From contig CBDCGL010000011.1 of NCBI GenBank assembly GCA_965216755.1, forward strand, positions 800,001-864,000: DNA of 64,000 bases, read 5' to 3'. The first letter of the stretch is position 1; the number at the start of each line of letters is the position of its first letter. Source of the DNA: Alphaproteobacteria bacterium. GTDB lineage: Bacteria; Pseudomonadota; Alphaproteobacteria; UBA7887. Both the position numbers and the translations under genes were made by a program. The notes under the pieces were generated by a model. It searched no databases and had not been told where the DNA came from. It saw only the letters and a list, made by a program, of their open reading frames with translations. Shown here piece after piece: positions 10,089-19,459 of this stretch.

Positions 10089-10879
10089 TCGCAATGACCG
10101 ACGCATTCGAAGACATCCTTTTTCACGAAGATGGCCCGATCGCCACGATCACGCTGAATCGCCCGGATGATGGCAATATGTTCACGCCGCGCATGTGTCA
10201 TGAAATACGTGATTGCGTCGAAGCGGTCCGTCGCGAGACACGCACACGCGTAATCGTCATCACCGGCGCCGGTGAGAAATTCTTTTGCATTGGTGGACGC
10301 AAGGAAGGCATGGAAGATACGCGGCTGTATGCGGGCGTGCTGCCGACCCTGGAAATGTATGAGGCCATTGATCGCGTACAAAAACCGGTGATCGCTAGCG
10401 TCAATGGCTTTGCCGTTGGTGGCGGCAATGTGCTGCAAATGGTCTGCGATTTGACCATCGCCAAGGCGAGCGCCGTGTTTCGGCAGGTTGGCCCGATGAT
10501 GGGGTCGTTCGACGCCGGTTATGGCACTTGGTATCTGGAGGATTTGGTCGGAAAGAAGCGTGCTAAGGAAATTTGGTATTGCAACCAAAAGATCTCGGCG
10601 GCCGATGCTTTGGCCATGGGATTGGTCAACCGGGTTGTTGCTGATGACACCTTGGTTGATGAGACGCGCAAGTTTGCGCTGGAAGTCGCAGATCGCGGTG
10701 CGTTTGCTTTGGCCTCAATAAAGGCCGCGTTTAATGCCCGTCACGGCGGCGTCGGTGGATTGGCACGGATGGCGCATGACCTGTTATTGCGTCAATATCT
10801 CGCCAGCGACGAATCAAAAGAGCTGGCCGCGGCGTTTGGTGAACGGCGCGCACCCGACAGCAAAAAATTCGGCCACTAG
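10085..10879 (+). CDS. crotonase-family C-C hydrolase, BadI (2-ketocyclohexanecarboxyl-CoA hydrolase)/MenB-like
   Basis: GFAVGGGNVL...CDLTIA...FRQVGPMMGSFDAGYGT...VGKKRAKEIWY matches the BadI/MenB signature; ATGA overlap with the upstream gene. Confidence 0.8.
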   Translation: MIAMTDAFEDILFHEDGPIATITLNRPDDGNMFTPRMCHEIRDCVEAVRRETRTRVIVITGAGEKFFCIGGRKEGMEDTRLYAGVLPTLEMYEAIDRVQKPVIASVNGFAVGGGNVLQMVCDLTIAKASAVFRQVGPMMGSFDAGYGTWYLEDLVGKKRAKEIWYCNQKISAADALAMGLVNRVVADDTLVDETRKFALEVADRGAFALASIKAAFNARHGGVGGLARMAHDLLLRQYLASDESKELAAAFGERRAPDSKKFGH

Positions 10880-10893
10880 TTCCAAACCCCGGC

Positions 10894-12504
10894 GTGCGTC
10901 CGTTTCTGACCCTTCACGATCCGTCACTTGCCAAGGTCTACTACAAGCGAGGCCTTTGGCAATCGGACACGTTTTATACTTTGCTGGCGAAGCATGCCAC
11001 TGACCGTCCACAACAGCCTGCGCTGCGTGACGGCCGACGTATACTGACATGGCGCGATCTCCATTCCCACGTTGACGGCGCCGGCGCCGCCATGCGCGCG
11101 CTCGGCCTCATTGCGGGTGATCGGGTGTCGATTTGGTTGTCCAATCGCGCAGAGGCCGTGATCACATTCCTTGCGTGCTCGCGTGAGGGGTTTGCCTGCA
11201 ATCCATCACTCCATCGCACATATACCTCGGGCGAAGTAGTCGAACTTCTTGGCCAACTGAACAGCCGCGTTTTGGTTACCGAAAATGGCTGGGGCGCCGG
11301 AGGCCAAAGCGAAGATGTGGAGGATGCCGGGCTCTGTCTTAAAGCGATTTACGTGCCCGCTAATTACCCAAGACCGATCACTGAACCTGCCAATCCGCCG
11401 GCGCCCAACCCGGATCGGGTTTCCTATTTGGCGTTCACGTCCGGCACCACGGGCACGCCGAAATGCGTCATGCATTCGGACAATACGCTGCTGGCCAACG
11501 CCCGCGACATGGTCCGCGATTGGAGCGTCGGGCCTGAGACAAAACTGCTTACGTTAAGCCCACTGTCACATCACATCGCTTGGGTCGCCGTCGCGCAATG
11601 GTTAGTCAGCGGCTGTTTTCTGATCACTGACGATCCGCCCAAAGACGTTTCACGCCTCGATTGGTTGACCGAGACGGGTGCGACCTATGTGATGGGCGTG
11701 CCAACCCATGCCATGGATATATTGGCGGCACAGAAGGAACGGGGCCAAGAGCGCTTGGGTGCTGTAAAGACATTTTATATGGCCGGCGCACCCATTCCAC
11801 CCGCGGTCGCCGAAGCGTTCGTTGCGCAGAATATCAAGCCGCAGAATATCTATGGCATGACCGAGAACTCCTCGCATCAATTCACACATCCGGACGATGA
11901 TATTCAAACAGCGATCGCAACATGTGGGCGCGGCGGTCCGGCTTACGAGGTCAGAATTTTTGACGCTGAAGACCCGGACCGACTCTGTGATGTTGGTGAA
12001 ACCGGACAAATCGGCGGACGTGGTGCTGCGTTGATGTTGGGATATTTCGACAATCAGAAGGCGACACAAGAAAGCTTCAACGCCGACGGCTGGTTTTTGT
12101 CAGGTGATCTTGGATCCTTGGACGCCGCCGGCAATTTGCGGATAGAAGGTCGTTTGAAAGATCTGATTATCCGCGGCGGCCACAATATCTATCCGAGCCG
12201 CATCGAAGCGTTGGCGGTGCGCCACCCGGCAGTCGACAAAGCCGCGGCGTTTCCGATACCAGACACGCGTCTTGGCGAAAAAGTATGCCTCGCGGTGATC
12301 GGTGCCATCGGCGCCGATGATTTGCTGCGGCATCTCGACCGCGAAGGGCTGTCAAGATATGACATGCCAGAGTATTTTCTCGCTGTGGAAAGCTTTCCAT
12401 TGACGGCGAGCGGCAAAATACTGAAACGTGAATTGGTGTCGCAGCTTCGGGCTGGGACGATCGCACCGCAGGCTTGTCGGTTCGCCCCCCCAGAAAAGGG
12501 ATAG
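10894..12504 (+). CDS. acyl-CoA synthetase (AMP-binding), cyclohexanecarboxylate-CoA ligase-like
   Basis: FTSGTTGTPK, YGMTE, GWFLSGDLG, GRLKDLIIRGG, TASGKILK; the N-terminal 'YYKRGLWQSDT' is typical of the AliA/FadK group. Confidence 0.85.
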   Translation: MRPFLTLHDPSLAKVYYKRGLWQSDTFYTLLAKHATDRPQQPALRDGRRILTWRDLHSHVDGAGAAMRALGLIAGDRVSIWLSNRAEAVITFLACSREGFACNPSLHRTYTSGEVVELLGQLNSRVLVTENGWGAGGQSEDVEDAGLCLKAIYVPANYPRPITEPANPPAPNPDRVSYLAFTSGTTGTPKCVMHSDNTLLANARDMVRDWSVGPETKLLTLSPLSHHIAWVAVAQWLVSGCFLITDDPPKDVSRLDWLTETGATYVMGVPTHAMDILAAQKERGQERLGAVKTFYMAGAPIPPAVAEAFVAQNIKPQNIYGMTENSSHQFTHPDDDIQTAIATCGRGGPAYEVRIFDAEDPDRLCDVGETGQIGGRGAALMLGYFDNQKATQESFNADGWFLSGDLGSLDAAGNLRIEGRLKDLIIRGGHNIYPSRIEALAVRHPAVDKAAAFPIPDTRLGEKVCLAVIGAIGADDLLRHLDREGLSRYDMPEYFLAVESFPLTASGKILKRELVSQLRAGTIAPQACRFAPPEKG

Positions 12505-12513
12505 ATTGATCCC

Positions 12514-13284
12514 GTGAGCCATGTCATCACGACCCGACGCGACAGTGTCGCCATCGTCACGCTGGACAGACAGGATGCCCTCAATGCCCTGTCGTTTGAA
12601 ATCATTGAAGATATTGGTCGGGCGATAGATCGGGCCGCGACGGCAAATGCGCGCGCATTGCTGTTTGTCGGCGCCGGCACGAAGGCCTTTTGCGCCGGGG
12701 CAGACATCAAGGAACTGAGGGGCCGAACAATGGCCCAGCAGGAGCACGGCTTTGAGACGGCGCACCGGATTTTCTCCAAGCTCGATACACTGCCGATTCC
12801 ATCGATCGCCATGATCAACGGCTATGCGTTTGGCGGCGGTCTTGAGTTGGCGCTGGCATGCACGTTTCGCCTGGCGACCCCGAACGCCAAGATGGGACAG
12901 CCCGAGATCAAATTAGGCCTCATCCCGGGGTATGGCGGTACCCAGCGTCTACCGCGCGTGGTCGGCGAGGCGCGGGCGCTGGACTTGATCATGACGGGAC
13001 GCACAATCGATGCAGACGAAGCCGCTCAGATCGGGTTGGTCACCGCGGTTGTGGAGGGCGACCCCATTGAGGCGGCGATTGCCTTTGCATCCAGTTTCAC
13101 AAAGTACAGCTTGCCGGTACTCCGTTTCGCCCGCGATGCCGTCAAACGCGCCTTGGATCTTCCCATTCATGAAGGACTAAAGGTTGAGGCCGATCTTGCC
13201 ACGTTGGCGTTTCAGACCGACGATGCCGCGGAAGGCGCGGCCGCTTTCGAAGAAAAGCGATCTCCGAATTTCTCCGATAGCTGA
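12514..13284 (+). CDS. enoyl-CoA hydratase (crotonase)
   Basis: [43 protein letters not shown] (both catalytic Glu present). Confidence 0.92.
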   Translation: MSHVITTRRDSVAIVTLDRQDALNALSFEIIEDIGRAIDRAATANARALLFVGAGTKAFCAGADIKELRGRTMAQQEHGFETAHRIFSKLDTLPIPSIAMINGYAFGGGLELALACTFRLATPNAKMGQPEIKLGLIPGYGGTQRLPRVVGEARALDLIMTGRTIDADEAAQIGLVTAVVEGDPIEAAIAFASSFTKYSLPVLRFARDAVKRALDLPIHEGLKVEADLATLAFQTDDAAEGAAAFEEKRSPNFSDS

Positions 13285-13311
13285 ACGACAGGCGAGCGCC
13301 CCGACAGAAGC

Positions 13312-14478
13312 ATGAAGATCTTTGAACAGATTGCGCAACGCCGAGAGTGGTCTGACGAAGAGCGCTTGTTGTTGGATACAGTGCGTCGCGTGGCCGATGA
13401 AAAGATTGGGCCAAATGCCAAACGGTATGACGAAACGGCGACGTTTCCGACCGATAGCGTCGCGGCCGTGAACACACTTGGCCTGAACGGTATCTTTGTC
13501 CCCGACGCCTATGGCGGCGCGTTGATGTCATACCGGGCTTATCTCGCCTGTGTCAGTTTGGTCTCGGCGGCTTGTGCCTCAACGGGCATCATTTATGCGA
13601 CCAATTTCCATGCCATGAAGCCGCTGATCGACATGGGAACCGAAGCGCAGAAGAGCCGGTTACTACCGCGCATTGCGACAGGTGGATTGGCCGCCCTGGC
13701 CATTACCGAACCAAATGCCGGATCGGACGCGACAGGGATGACAACGCGGTTCACGCCCGACGGTGACGATATCATTATCGATGGCGGCAAGATCTTCATC
13801 ACCAATGGCGGTGTTGCCGATCTCTATTTGCTGTTCGGCAAATGGTCAGAGATTGACGACCCGCGCGGCGCTCTGTCGGCTTTGGTTATCGAAAAGGGCA
13901 CGCCTGGGCTTTCGATCGGCAAACTAGAAAAGAAACTCGGTCACCGCGCATCATCAACCGCCGCGATTAATTTCGAAAATTGCCGTGTGTCCCGACAAAA
14001 TTTGTTGGGGGCGCCAGGTGATGGCCTCGCGATTCTACTTGCCTCACTCAACAAATCACGACCCTCAATCGCCGCTCACGCGCTGGGTATTGCCCAAGCG
14101 GCATTTCAGGACATGGTTGCGTACATGAATGAACGCGCGCAGTCGGGGCGCAAGATCATTGCGTTCCAAGGCAATCAGTTCTTGTTGGCCGACTTGGCGT
14201 CAGAACTTGCTATGTGCGAAGTTTGGCTCGACCATGTCGCCGCAATGGTCGAAAGTGGCGAGGGCGATATCGGCCTCGCGGCCTCGATCGCCAAAATGCG
14301 CGCCTCCGACCTAGCGATGCGCATGACGACAGAAGCCGTGCAGATGCATGGCGGTTACGGCTATTGCGCGGACTTTCGAGTCGAACGATTGATGCGCGAT
14401 GCCAAGATTACGCAAATCTGGGAAGGCACCAACCAAATTCACCGCCAACTGATTGGGCGGAGTTTCGCGGACCGATGA
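13312..14478 (+). CDS. acyl-CoA dehydrogenase
   Basis: ALAITEPNAGSD, GGKIFITNG, KLGHRAS, VQMHGGYGY, ERLMRDAKITQIWEGTNQI. Confidence 0.93.
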   Translation: MKIFEQIAQRREWSDEERLLLDTVRRVADEKIGPNAKRYDETATFPTDSVAAVNTLGLNGIFVPDAYGGALMSYRAYLACVSLVSAACASTGIIYATNFHAMKPLIDMGTEAQKSRLLPRIATGGLAALAITEPNAGSDATGMTTRFTPDGDDIIIDGGKIFITNGGVADLYLLFGKWSEIDDPRGALSALVIEKGTPGLSIGKLEKKLGHRASSTAAINFENCRVSRQNLLGAPGDGLAILLASLNKSRPSIAAHALGIAQAAFQDMVAYMNERAQSGRKIIAFQGNQFLLADLASELAMCEVWLDHVAAMVESGEGDIGLAASIAKMRASDLAMRMTTEAVQMHGGYGYCADFRVERLMRDAKITQIWEGTNQIHRQLIGRSFADR

Positions 14479-15356
14479 CGACCGATATCAAGACTGTCGG
14501 CATAGCCGGCGCGGGCGGTACCATGGGCGCGGGGATCGCCATCGTCGCGGCACGTGCCGGGTTTCGCGTTGTCGCCTTCGATTCCGATCAGGCGGCGCTT
14601 GCACGCGCCGACACGCAGACCAATGGATTCTTCGCCGAATCGGTGGCGCGCGGCAAATTGAACATGGCGGAGGTCTACGCGATATTGGCCAACTACAATC
14701 GCACCGGCGATCTCGAGCAGCTGAGCCAGTGCGACCTGGTTATCGAAGCCGTATTCGAAGACTTGGAAACCAAGCAAATGCTGTTTCGTGCGCTCAACCG
14801 CATTTGCCCCGATCACACAATCTTCGCATCCAACACGTCAACTCTTTCGATCACCGAGATTGCATCTGGCTGCGGCCGCGAAGATCGCGTCGTTGGCATG
14901 CATTTTTGCTTGCCCGCACAGCTAATGAAACTCATCGAGATGTCGCCGGGACTGAATACGTCGGCCAGAACGTTGGAGACCGCGTGGGCATGGACCGAAA
15001 CGTGCGGTCAAATACCGGTCAAAACTCAAGACAAACCGGGCTTCATTCTCAATGCGCTCTTGGTGCCGTTCAATAACGACGTGATCCGTGCCGTCGAAAC
15101 CGGCGTCGCGGCGCCTGGCGATATAGACACCGCGATCAAGACCGCGCTTGGCTACAAGATGGGGCCATGCGAGTTGGTCGACCTGATCGGTTTGGATACG
15201 CAAGTGCGTCTTTGCGAAGCGTTTTACCCGGTCACGTTGGACCCACGCGCGGCCGCGCCGCCACTGCTGCGTCGTATGGTCGCGGCCGGGCATCTGGGCC
15301 GCAAATCGGGTCGCGGCTTTTACACGTATGACGGCGATGCGATGTTTGGAGGATAA
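14475..15356 (+). CDS. 3-hydroxyacyl-CoA dehydrogenase (NAD-binding plus dimerisation domain)
   Basis: ATG 14475 overlaps the upstream TGA; GAGGTMGAGIA, VIEAVFEDLETK, ASNTSTLSIT, GMHFCLP, GHLGRKSGRGFY. Confidence 0.9.
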   Translation: MTTDIKTVGIAGAGGTMGAGIAIVAARAGFRVVAFDSDQAALARADTQTNGFFAESVARGKLNMAEVYAILANYNRTGDLEQLSQCDLVIEAVFEDLETKQMLFRALNRICPDHTIFASNTSTLSITEIASGCGREDRVVGMHFCLPAQLMKLIEMSPGLNTSARTLETAWAWTETCGQIPVKTQDKPGFILNALLVPFNNDVIRAVETGVAAPGDIDTAIKTALGYKMGPCELVDLIGLDTQVRLCEAFYPVTLDPRAAAPPLLRRMVAAGHLGRKSGRGFYTYDGDAMFGG

Positions 15357-15357
15357 T

Positions 15358-15981
15358 ATGGGCTACGTTGTTGTTCAGAATGGCGAAAGCCCGTCTTTTC
15401 CGACGGGGGATCCATTTGTCGCCGCTGCCGCTGAGGCGGGCGAGGTCGTCGTCTATCTTGGCCAGACGGTCGTCGCCGACCCAAACAAGACAGCCATTTT
15501 GGTCGAGTTGGGCACGGAGTGCCTCGGCGTCCACACCGGCGAGGACGCGGGGCGCGAGGGGTCCAACATTCTCGGCTTCGCGCGTTATCGCAACGGTTTG
15601 GACGAACCATCGCAGCTCATCGAACTTGTTCGGCAACCGAATAGCGCGCAAAGCGCCATTGCGGCCGCGCGGTCGGTATTCGAATCGGCCGGGTTCACGG
15701 TCGTTGTATGCGGTGATCAGGCCGGGCGAATCGTCGACCGCTTGGTCCGTCCCAAATACAACGATGCGCTCAGGCTGCTCGATGAGGGCTTGGCGACCGC
15801 CGAGGCTATTGACACAACCTGTCGCCTTGGACTCGGTTACGCGGATGGGCCGATTGAACGCGTTGCGCGCGGTGGTCTTGGTCATCATCACGACGTCTGT
15901 GCCGCGTTGTTCCAAATCTTTGGAACGCCGGCCTACGCGCCGGCCCGCAGGGCTGTTGTGGCGAAAGCACGCGAAACGTGA
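15358..15981 (+). CDS. 3-hydroxyacyl-CoA dehydrogenase C-terminal-domain protein (no NAD-binding motif)
   Basis: DQAGRIVDRLVRPKYNDALRLLDEGLATAEAIDTTCRLGLGYADGP matches 3HCDH_C; no GxGxxG; starts 1 nt after the upstream stop. Confidence 0.78.
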   Translation: MGYVVVQNGESPSFPTGDPFVAAAAEAGEVVVYLGQTVVADPNKTAILVELGTECLGVHTGEDAGREGSNILGFARYRNGLDEPSQLIELVRQPNSAQSAIAAARSVFESAGFTVVVCGDQAGRIVDRLVRPKYNDALRLLDEGLATAEAIDTTCRLGLGYADGPIERVARGGLGHHHDVCAALFQIFGTPAYAPARRAVVAKARET

Positions 15982-16017
15982 GCATTCGCAGCCGGTAACG
16001 GACGGAATGGTGCGATC

Positions 16018-17010
16018 ATGAAAGCCGTGTGGGTCGATTGTTTTGCGCCTATCGACGAAATCTCGATGGCCGACGTGCCGGATCCAACACCTGGCCCGGG
16101 TCAGGTCCAGGTGGCGGTACGCGCGGTGGAGGCCAACTATCCCGACATCCTGGTGATCGAAGGCCTCTATCAGGTAAAGCCGCCGTTGCCGTTTGCGCCG
16201 GGGAAAGCGGCGGCCGGTACTGTCACGGCACTCGGGCCCGATGTCACCACTTTGTCGTCCGGCGACCACGTCGCGGTTCAGGTCGAATATGGAGCGTATG
16301 CTGAGAAGCTCGTTGCGGATACGACGACCTGTTATCCGATGCCGGAGGGGATGTCGTTCGAGGTCGGCGCTGCGCTCGGATTGGTTTACCAAACGGCACA
16401 TTTTGCTTTGGTCGATCGCGCCGGATTCGAAGTCGGTGAGACCGTGCTCGTGCTCGGTGCGTCTGGCGGTATCGGGACGGCGAGCGTGCAGCTTGCCAAG
16501 GCGCTCGGCGCCGCGACGGTCATCGCCGGTGTTTTGGGCGACGCCAACGCGCAAGTCGCGACGGCGGCCGGCGCGGATCATGTCATCGATTTGGACATGG
16601 ATGAACTGCATAGCGGTGTGCGCGCGGCCGTGCATGAGGTAACTGACGGAAGGGGCGTCGACATTGTCATCGATCCGGTTGGCGGCGCCGCCAATGCGGC
16701 GGCGTTGCGAGCGATGGCCTGGTGTGGCCGCATGGTGATCATCGGCTTCGCGTCCGGGGAAATTCCTTCGATCAAGGCCAACTATTTGTTGGTGAAGAAC
16801 ATTTCGGTCGCCGGCATCCAATGGTCCGACTACCGCGAACGGCAGCCGCGCAGGGTGGCGAAGGTCCAAGAACAGATTTTTGGTTTATGGGCGAGGGGCC
16901 TGCTCAATCCCCAGATTAGTCAAACGCTGCCTCTTGCAAGGTTCGCCGACGGACTGGGTATGTTGAAGGCCGGCGAATCGCAGGGCAAAATCATCTTGAC
17001 GGTTCCCTAA
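16018..17010 (+). CDS. NADPH:quinone oxidoreductase / zeta-crystallin-type MDR family protein
   Basis: ANYPDIL..GLYQVKPPLPFAPG, GETVLVLGASGGIG, GVDIVIDPVGG, IGFASGEIP, GKIIL. Confidence 0.9.
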   Translation: MKAVWVDCFAPIDEISMADVPDPTPGPGQVQVAVRAVEANYPDILVIEGLYQVKPPLPFAPGKAAAGTVTALGPDVTTLSSGDHVAVQVEYGAYAEKLVADTTTCYPMPEGMSFEVGAALGLVYQTAHFALVDRAGFEVGETVLVLGASGGIGTASVQLAKALGAATVIAGVLGDANAQVATAAGADHVIDLDMDELHSGVRAAVHEVTDGRGVDIVIDPVGGAANAAALRAMAWCGRMVIIGFASGEIPSIKANYLLVKNISVAGIQWSDYRERQPRRVAKVQEQIFGLWARGLLNPQISQTLPLARFADGLGMLKAGESQGKIILTVP

Positions 17011-17011
17011 G

Positions 17012-17042
17012 AAAAAACGGCCGGCATCAGGTGCGCCGGCCG
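17012..17042 (-). terminator. intrinsic terminator (possibly bidirectional)
   Basis: 8-bp stem CGGCCGGC/GCCGGCCG with an A6 tract on the + strand (U6 on -), between convergent genes. Confidence 0.7.
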
Positions 17043-17072
17043 CGATTTGGGAGCAGACCGTAGTTTGTGCGC

Positions 17073-18185
17073 TCAGTCCAGATAGCCGAGGCCGCTCCAG
17101 ACTTTATAATCCTCACGAAACTTGTTGAGCGATTCCCAGACACGCTTGAAATCAGGGTCGTTCGCCGATTCCTCGGCGACAACTTCGGCCCACGCTGTCT
17201 CAAGTGAGCCCAGTATCTCCGGTGACCAGCGATGCAATGTGACACCTTTGTCCTGTAGCTCTTGTAGCGCGGGAAACTGGATCGCTTCACCTTCGGCGAT
17301 ACCAGCGCGGATGCTGTCACCGCAGGCGGTTTCGATCCACGCCTGCTGCTGGGTGTTCAGCGAATCCCACTTGTCCTTGTTGATCATCAGCTCGAGCAGA
17401 CTCGACGGTTGGTGCCAGCCCGGGAAATAGTAATGCTTGGCGATTTGATGAAAGCCGAGGTCAAGGTCGATCGCCGGCATGGCATATTCTGTTGCGTCGA
17501 TTGTGCCCAATTCCAAGGCCGGAAAAATATCGCCACCGGCGATCAATTGGGTCGACGCACCCAATTTTTCCATCACCTTGGCACCCAAACCGAAGAACCG
17601 CATTTTGATACCGTTCAGATCTTCGACGCTGGTGATCTCCTCGCGGAACCAGCCCGAGCCTTCTGGTGGGATCATGCCGCAATGCATGGCGTGAATGTTG
17701 TGCGGGTCGTAAAGCTCTTGATAGAGCTCCTTGCCGCCGCCGTGATACATCCAAGCCAGATACTCACCGGGACGCGGGCCAAACGGCACGGACGTGAAGA
17801 ACTGCAACGCAGGGATCTTACCGGCCCAATATCCTGCGGTTGTCCACCCCGCGTCTATAGAGCCCGCGGATACGCCGTCAAAAACTTCCAGCGCCGGCAC
17901 CAATGCGCCGGGCTCGAAGAACTTCATCTCGACTGTCCCGGCGCTGAGTAAATCAACACGCTCCTCGAAGCGCTTGCCCAACGTGCCGAGCTGAACCAAT
18001 TCACCGGGAAATGAACTGGCCATCTTCCAGCGAATCTTACCGCCCGCGGGCGCCGCGGTCGTGCTCGGGGTCGCATCACCTTCGGCGGTCGCCTGGCCGG
18101 CTTGGTCACCGCTCGGCGAGAGCACATACATGCCAACAAGAGCGCCGACGACAAGGCCGATAATGCCAACAATGGCAGATTTCAT
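17073..18185 (-). CDS. TRAP transporter substrate-binding protein (DctP/TakP-like) with N-terminal hydrophobic anchor and Ala/Thr/Pro linker
   Basis: RWKMASSFP, EPGALVPALEVFD, SVPFGP, GWFREEI, GTIDATE, YYFPGWHQP. Confidence 0.9.
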   Translation of the reverse strand: MKSAIVGIIGLVVGALVGMYVLSPSGDQAGQATAEGDATPSTTAAPAGGKIRWKMASSFPGELVQLGTLGKRFEERVDLLSAGTVEMKFFEPGALVPALEVFDGVSAGSIDAGWTTAGYWAGKIPALQFFTSVPFGPRPGEYLAWMYHGGGKELYQELYDPHNIHAMHCGMIPPEGSGWFREEITSVEDLNGIKMRFFGLGAKVMEKLGASTQLIAGGDIFPALELGTIDATEYAMPAIDLDLGFHQIAKHYYFPGWHQPSSLLELMINKDKWDSLNTQQQAWIETACGDSIRAGIAEGEAIQFPALQELQDKGVTLHRWSPEILGSLETAWAEVVAEESANDPDFKRVWESLNKFREDYKVWSGLGYLD

Positions 18186-18415
18186 AATTCACAATCTCCG
18201 TTTTTGTGGCTTTCGGCCGCGCCGATACGCGCCGCCGTCAACGCTGGCGAAGCTAGCAAACCTCGGATAAATCGACAATAACCACGCATACTGGCTTGGT
18301 ATGCGCGGAAATGTGCATGGGTCATTGCCAGGCAAAACTAGCTGTGGCAAGCATCGCTGTAGGGGCGGTGCCGCCCCCTTATCGGAACAACAATCACAGT
18401 TTGGGAGACGTATTT

Positions 18416-19417
18416 ATGCGGCGAGCTTGGCAGCGCTCTTATATCGCGCGACTGACACCGGTAGTGGCCATTTGCCTAATACTGTGCGGGTCATCATTGC
18501 CAGGCTGGGCACAAGACCTTGATTTTGAAAGCTGGTTGGATGGTGTGCGCGCAGACGCGATGGCCCAGGGAATCAGTTCGGCTATCGTCGAGACCGCCTT
18601 GTCCGGGCTGAAACCCATCCCGCGTGTGATTGAGCTGGACCGCCGTCAACCAGAGGGCCGAATGTCATTTGCCCAGTATATCGAACGGGTCGTGCCGCCA
18701 TCGCGTGAACAGGCGGCGCGGGCACGATTTCGCGAGCATCAACAGTTATTGCGTGCTGTCGGGGCCCGTTATGGTGTGCAGCCACGGTTTATCGTTGCTT
18801 TGTGGGGGATCGAAAGCGATTTCGGGCGCAATACCGGCGGGTATCCGGTGATCGCGTCGCTGGCCACCTTAGCCCATGACGGTCGACGCGCATCATTTTT
18901 TCGCGGTGAATTGATGAACGCCTTAAAGATACTTGATGCCGGACATGTTGCACCGGACGCAATGGTTGGTTCCTGGGCGGGGGCCATGGGACAGAATCAA
19001 TTCATGCCGTCCAGTTTTCATGCCTACGCCGTTGACCACGATGGCGATGGACGGCGGGATATTTGGCAGACTTTGCCCGATATCTTTGCATCGATCGCCA
19101 ACTATCTATCAAAGAACGGTTGGCGCGATGACCAAACCTGGGGGCGAGTCATTCGTTTGCCCGAGTCGCTCGATAAAGCATTGATAGACCTGGATGTTGT
19201 GAAGCCGATCGGCGATTGGCAGGGGCTGGGCGTGCGACGCAACGACGGCACCGCGTTGCCGACCCGCCAGCTTCAGGCATCCCTGGTTGCCCCCGATGGA
19301 CGTGACGGCCGAACATATATGGTCTATCGGAACTTCAAGACCATCCTGAAGTGGAACCGATCGACATATTTCGGATTGGCTGTTGGCAGACTTTCCGATA
19401 GCCTGCGTGGACAATAG
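18416..19417 (+). CDS. mltB: lytic murein transglycosylase (MltB/SLT_2 family)
   Basis: ALWGIESDFG, GSWAGAMGQNQFMPSSF, DGDGRRDIW, WNRSTYF; start uncertain. Confidence 0.88.
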   Translation: MRRAWQRSYIARLTPVVAICLILCGSSLPGWAQDLDFESWLDGVRADAMAQGISSAIVETALSGLKPIPRVIELDRRQPEGRMSFAQYIERVVPPSREQAARARFREHQQLLRAVGARYGVQPRFIVALWGIESDFGRNTGGYPVIASLATLAHDGRRASFFRGELMNALKILDAGHVAPDAMVGSWAGAMGQNQFMPSSFHAYAVDHDGDGRRDIWQTLPDIFASIANYLSKNGWRDDQTWGRVIRLPESLDKALIDLDVVKPIGDWQGLGVRRNDGTALPTRQLQASLVAPDGRDGRTYMVYRNFKTILKWNRSTYFGLAVGRLSDSLRGQ

Positions 19418-19459
19418 TTGCCTTTGCGTACTGCGGTGAAGGCTGTATCGGAGGGATTT

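Noticed and set aside
10085-10879. menB / menaquinone biosynthesis
   Set aside because: No other men genes are present, and the neighbours are beta-oxidation enzymes, which fits a BadI-like role better.
14214-14474. N-terminal extension of the 3-hydroxyacyl-CoA dehydrogenase ORF
   Set aside because: It overlaps the acyl-CoA dehydrogenase in another frame; the true start is the ATGA-coupled ATG at 14475.
15232-16869. 545-aa minus-strand ORF
   Set aside because: Antisense shadow of well-supported + strand genes in GC-rich DNA; no motifs.
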